In this document: in pieces, positions 59,410 to 64,000 of the stretch
How positions within the stretch are numbered: position 1 is the stretch's first letter
How the letters are laid out: the number at the start of each line of letters is the position of its first letter
Assembly: GCF_026571515.1 (NCBI RefSeq)
Contig: NW_026864050.1
Span: 1-64,000 of the forward strand
DNA from: Ruditapes philippinarum
Lineage: Eukaryota
Length of the DNA: 64,000 bases
Reading direction: 5' to 3'
Notes under the pieces: model-generated
What the model was told of the DNA's origin: nothing
The model's input: the letters and a program-made list of their open reading frames with translations, nothing else
Databases searched by the model: none
Translations under genes and position numbers: made by a program

Positions 59410-61784
59410 TTAGTCATATTCCGATCCAATAGTAATACTTATTTCTCCAGGATGGATGAAAGTAGAGTGGTACCATACGTTAGTGTCTACCACAACTGAA
59501 ATGAAACACAAATGTACTTTTTTGAAATTTCTATGACATATGAGCCGCGTCATGACAAAACCAACATAATGGGTTTGCGACCAGCATGGATCCAGACCAG
59601 CCTGCGCATCCGCGCAGTCTGATCAGGATCCATGCTGTTCGCTATTAGTTTCTTTACTTGTTATAGGGTCGGTAAGCGAACAGCATGGATCCTGATCAGA
59701 CTGCGCGGAGGCGCAGGCTGGTCTGGATCCATGCTGGTCGCAAACCCATTATGTTGGTTTTGTTGTGACACGGCTCATATTATATACTTTCAAATCAATT
59801 CTAGAAAACAACTTGACTTTTTAAGTAGTTTACAATGCAGTCTCTGTTAGCTAGACCAAACAAAACTCTTAATATGCATAATACTGGAAAATGGAAATGG
59901 AACACAACTTTAGTCTACATACGAGTATTTTATGATTTTATATATACGTGGGAGATCCTGAGTTCGATCCTGTGCTATATTAAATCTAAGACAAGCATCG
60001 TAATATTCTGCTTTCACACTCATCATTAAGAGAAATACTTGAGGTTTGGTAATACTTGTGCAAAATTGTTTTTTAATTACTATACATCTTACATATGTCT
60101 CCTTTATGGACAGTCACATTGAAACTCTTGCACTCGGCTTCACATTCAGGGGTGGGTACCAGTGACCACGTCTTCTTGCCGGATATCTGTGCTTGCCAGG
60201 AAGGTCGCATTACGTAGTCTAACTGAAAAGTATACATAAACACATAAATTATATTTTAAATATACTTGTCTCTGAAAAAAATGAACATATTGAAAACAAC
60301 AAGGTAAAACGAATGTGATCTTCTTTAAGTGATTTAAAAGAAGCATAGTTAAAAGATGGTGAGCAAAAATGAGTGCATAAATTTTGTAAAATAAGAAAGA
60401 GTTAGGCACCACGAAAACAACAAAAACTCAATTGATAGGTGAACATTATATTTATTTTCTGTTTATAATGGTCAATACCAAAGTTACAAACTCTTTATGA
60501 TATCAATACATACAAACAACACCGGCTAAACCATGATTAAATATTGAAACCCAAGAAAATAAATATTAAAAATCCACGTATGAAGACAAAAATACAAACA
60601 TGAACAGGTGCTCCATTTCCAGAACCTCCCATGAAGATCCAATCAAGGGTGCTGGATTCTGAGTTGTTTGGTAGAAAATAGGGTCGTTCGTAATGTTTCC
60701 TTAACTTATCCCTGACTTCCTTGTGGCAATTGCTCCTAAAAGTAGAAATATCGATTTTTTCTAAAGTAAACACAGTAATATTAATAAATATTCATTTGCT
60801 TTGTCCGGATTGATTTCTATTCGTACACGAATACTATATTGCACAATCAACTATATAAGGCTTTGTTGTTAATAAATATCACGTATAGACGTTATGATTA
60901 TGTTATTGTTTCCGGCTTTTAATTGTTGTGAAAATCCTTGATGATATTAACTAACATTACATTTGGTCTGTGAATTTCAAGCAGTTATATCAAAATACCC
61001 TTAATAACTTGAAACACTAAGTAAATAATCTATCTCACAAATCAAATCATGATTATGTGAAATTATTTTACCATCCAATATACCATGGGTCCTCCCCTTC
61101 TTCAAAGTTTGCTCGCTTATCTGACATATTGAAAACATCGCTTAATGTGTCAAAGTCGGTTTTGTATGGGAAAAAGAGACAATCTTCCTCCACAGTTTTC
61201 AGAGAGTCCCTTGTACCTTGATACAGATCTTTAAAGTACTGGTAAGAGAAGGTTGACATAGCTGACCAAGTGCTGGTTGCATCTTTGATTAACACAGGAA
61301 CATAACTATAAGCGTATTTACGGTTAAAGTCCTCAGCTGAGATGGCGTGCTCTACAGGGATGCTGTCTAAATTCTTACACATGCCACACTGTACCAATGG
61401 CCTTGCCATTTCCGATGCATATAAACTGTGATCTATTATACATTTGTCTGCCAGCATATCGGTAATTGTTTCCTTAATTGTCAATGTAATCACTGCACTT
61501 AATATTCCAAATGTGTAAATTAAAGCGTACATGCTATATTTGGAATATAAGAAAGAAAATCTCCTTGAAATCCATTTATTTTCCTTAACCGGTTCTTTAG
61601 GAGTTGTCGCCTTGTCATTTTCCTTTGCTTTCCCTGTTCCAGAGTCCACTTTTTTAAATCCGTTTTCCGATTTTGTACCAAAAATATTTCGAATCTCCTT
61701 TTGCGAAACTCCTTTCTTGTTTGCATCTTTAAAAACCTTAACAAATTTCTTAGTTAAACTACTTTTCTTTTCATTCTTATTCAT
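59410..61784 (-). CDS. Membrane-anchored JmjC/cupin-like 2-oxoglutarate-Fe(II) oxygenase-family protein (354 aa)
   Basis: Exons (minus): 61784-61072, 60735-60600, 60222-60093, 59495-59410; phases compatible. Hydrophobic segment YSMYALIYTFGILSAVITLTI; ISAEDFNRKY...PVLIKDAT..WSA; WIFMGGSGNGAPVH-L-D; WQAQISGKKTW; GDIFVVDTNVWYHST. HxD...H triad and GxKxW are typical of JmjC-only proteins. Confidence 0.82.
59541..59777. mobile_element. 237-bp foldback MITE in the last intron of the JmjC-like gene
   Basis: Near-perfect ~100-bp inverted arms, ATA|TGAG...CTCA|TAT flanks. Confidence 0.92.
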
Positions 61785-64000
61785 TTTAGACAAAAAAAAT
61801 GATGCTGGAGTGCAATCGTTTTCTTAATATTTATATATGAAATGTCGATGTAAATTTTTACGATAGTTATTTAGTATTTAACCATGCATACAAAAACATT
61901 TCACCATCCGACAGCAAATAGGATTTGAAGATTTAACATAAAGATTTGGATGTTTTTATCTAGCGACCCGGAACTTTAAGGTAAATACATTTATAATAAG
62001 TTTAAAATTGTCGAAACATTGCAAATTACAGCTTTACTGATTGTTATGAATACAGTAGATAAATAACCAGTGGAAAAAGTATTTGTCTCATTCTTTTGTA
62101 ACCTCAGAAAATCATCTGATTGATTTCCCCTGTTTCTTTTCTTAACATCAAATTTGGGCTTAAACTTTTATAACAAGAAAAGTGTACATTTTTAAAAACA
62201 CTCTTACTGTATATGAAGTTAAGTATTTAATTCTTATATATTCTTAAGAATTTTAATAAAACAAAAATTTTCATTTTAAATAGGATCAGTTGTTTTTTTT
62301 TTTATTTATCTTTGATTATTTTTTGAAAAAATCAGCCAATGTTACGACAATTTAAGTTTAAATCACTTATGCTGCATACTTATTTTGTTGTCAAATTTGT
62401 AATTAAATTTTACTCTTCTTAAAGTATAATTAGCCTTATTTCGATATGAAATGAAAATATGAATTGTTACAAGTGATCTAGATTAACATTCGTCTAAGGT
62501 ATAACGCTGTGCTTTTAGTTTACTCAAACGTGCAATAGTTCACGTGTACATTATACTCTAGGGGAAATTAAAGGTAATGAACCTTGACTATATATATTCA
62601 TATTGATAACATCAAACACCCGGAGGTTGCTGTATTTTTAGTATATGTACCTGGCGAAGCTAATTGTTCACTCAAACTGGCTGAATAGAATAGAGTTGCA
62701 AATATTTTGATCGTTAAGATCAACGGTATATAAAAACAATTAAATGTGTTCCAGGTGTACAATACAGACATAAATCGATTATTCAATATCTACATTTTCA
62801 AAATTACTCGTAATAGCAATTGCAATCCTAATGATTTGATTTGCAGAACTTCCTTTTTCTTTTCATCCGAAATTTTAAGACGATAAGTTAAAAGCGTAAA
62901 ATGTAGCTCTTTTATCTAAAAAAAAACGTGTGTTTCATATTAGTGATCACCGATTATGTCAGATTATCTTTTTCTCAATCAATTAGTGCATGTGTCCATT
63001 GCTGTTGTTGTGACATCCAGTGACTTATATATGTACGATTTAGGTGTTGAAAGCTTCACTTCTTGTCACTAAAGACAGGCAAGTACAAATGTTGCTGCAA
63101 TGCAGCAATTGAGAAGCTCCGCGCAAAAAAAAATGCGCTCATAATAGATACCTTTCCAAATTTTTCATACGCACAGGTCATGTTATATTCAGATTAAGTA
63201 CTATTGTAAATTTTTTCCGAATGTTTTGTAAACCTTTTTTTTGCATAATTATACTTATCTTATGCACTGCCCATAATTAAAAAGAGGGGCCAGATATACA
63301 ATTTGAAAAAATGATTTCACTAATGCTTACCTGGTAAGGATTGAGAATAAAACAAGACTTACCAGACTTGTAAATGTTATTTGACATAAGACGATAAACA
63401 TATCAAAGTCTGTTTTTTATTATTATAATTGTAACAAATATACAAATTAAATAGTAACAAAAGGGACTTATATTATAATATAGTAATATTACATGCATTT
63501 TTTCATGTCAAATTAAAAAAAATGGTTTCTTTAAATACTGATAGAACTCTTACTTGAATTTTAGGCAGGTATGAGGAAATTCACTAACATCATGTTCGTG
63601 CGAGTCAAATACATAAAAGCTACTTGACATTGGTAATATATAAAAAACAATTGTTAATTGATTTATTGAGAGATCAATACACTTTTTTGCTTCTTTATAT
63701 TGACACATTCAATCACTAATAGTATACTTGATATGCTGTGTCAAAATATTACAAATTATAATTTCATGTACTACTAAAAAGGGAAATAACAAATTTATAA
63801 CCTAAGTGTCAAAATCAGAACATTTATTGCTATTTATGTACAGCAGAACTGCTTTCCGGTTCATATTCATTAATATGACATGCTGCGAATCACCGAAGGG
63901 GGAACAAATATAATAATCGAAAGGAGTAATTGAAACAGAATTTATTTTTAGCTGTAAATCGAAGGGAGTATTTGATAAAATCCGGGCCCATGGACAAAAT

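Overview
AT-rich, intron-rich eukaryotic genomic DNA. The SINE, MITE and Helentron repertoire and the opsin type point to a mollusc, most likely a bivalve (inference; no search was run). Seven protein-coding genes were rebuilt by hand from GT-AG splice phases: (1) the 3' end of an unidentified Ser/Arg/Asp-rich protein (+, <1-4409); (2) a CCDC166/CCDC121-family coiled-coil gene (-, 13395-24044), whose phase-required fifth exon was not found; (3) LSM11 (+, 24348-29542), head-to-head with the CCDC166-like gene; (4) a BTB-BACK-Kelch gene with an intronless CDS (-, 35019-36677); (5) a secreted SRCR-LDLa-trypsin mosaic protease (-, 39015-45838); (6) a Gq-coupled rhabdomeric opsin of 588 aa (+, 50661-53126); (7) a membrane-anchored JmjC/cupin-like oxygenase (-, 59410-61784). 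Introns and intergenic DNA hold several tRNA-derived SINE families, five copies of a 237-bp foldback MITE, other TIR MITEs, Helentron-type (HINE-like) elements with internal satellite arrays, minisatellites and a decayed mariner. The most striking observation is a young HINE-like element (32915-34702). Nine of its ~145-bp monomers carry a perfect AGGTCAnnnTGACCT estrogen-response-element palindrome, usually overlapping ERR and DR0/DR1/DR2 nuclear-receptor half-site arrangements. Other notable points are a SINE whose apparent target-site duplication copies a splice donor, a perfect 71-bp palindrome in an intron, and stretches within 13.7-19.3 kb that look like low-quality consensus. All coordinates were counted by eye; repeat boundaries are approximate.
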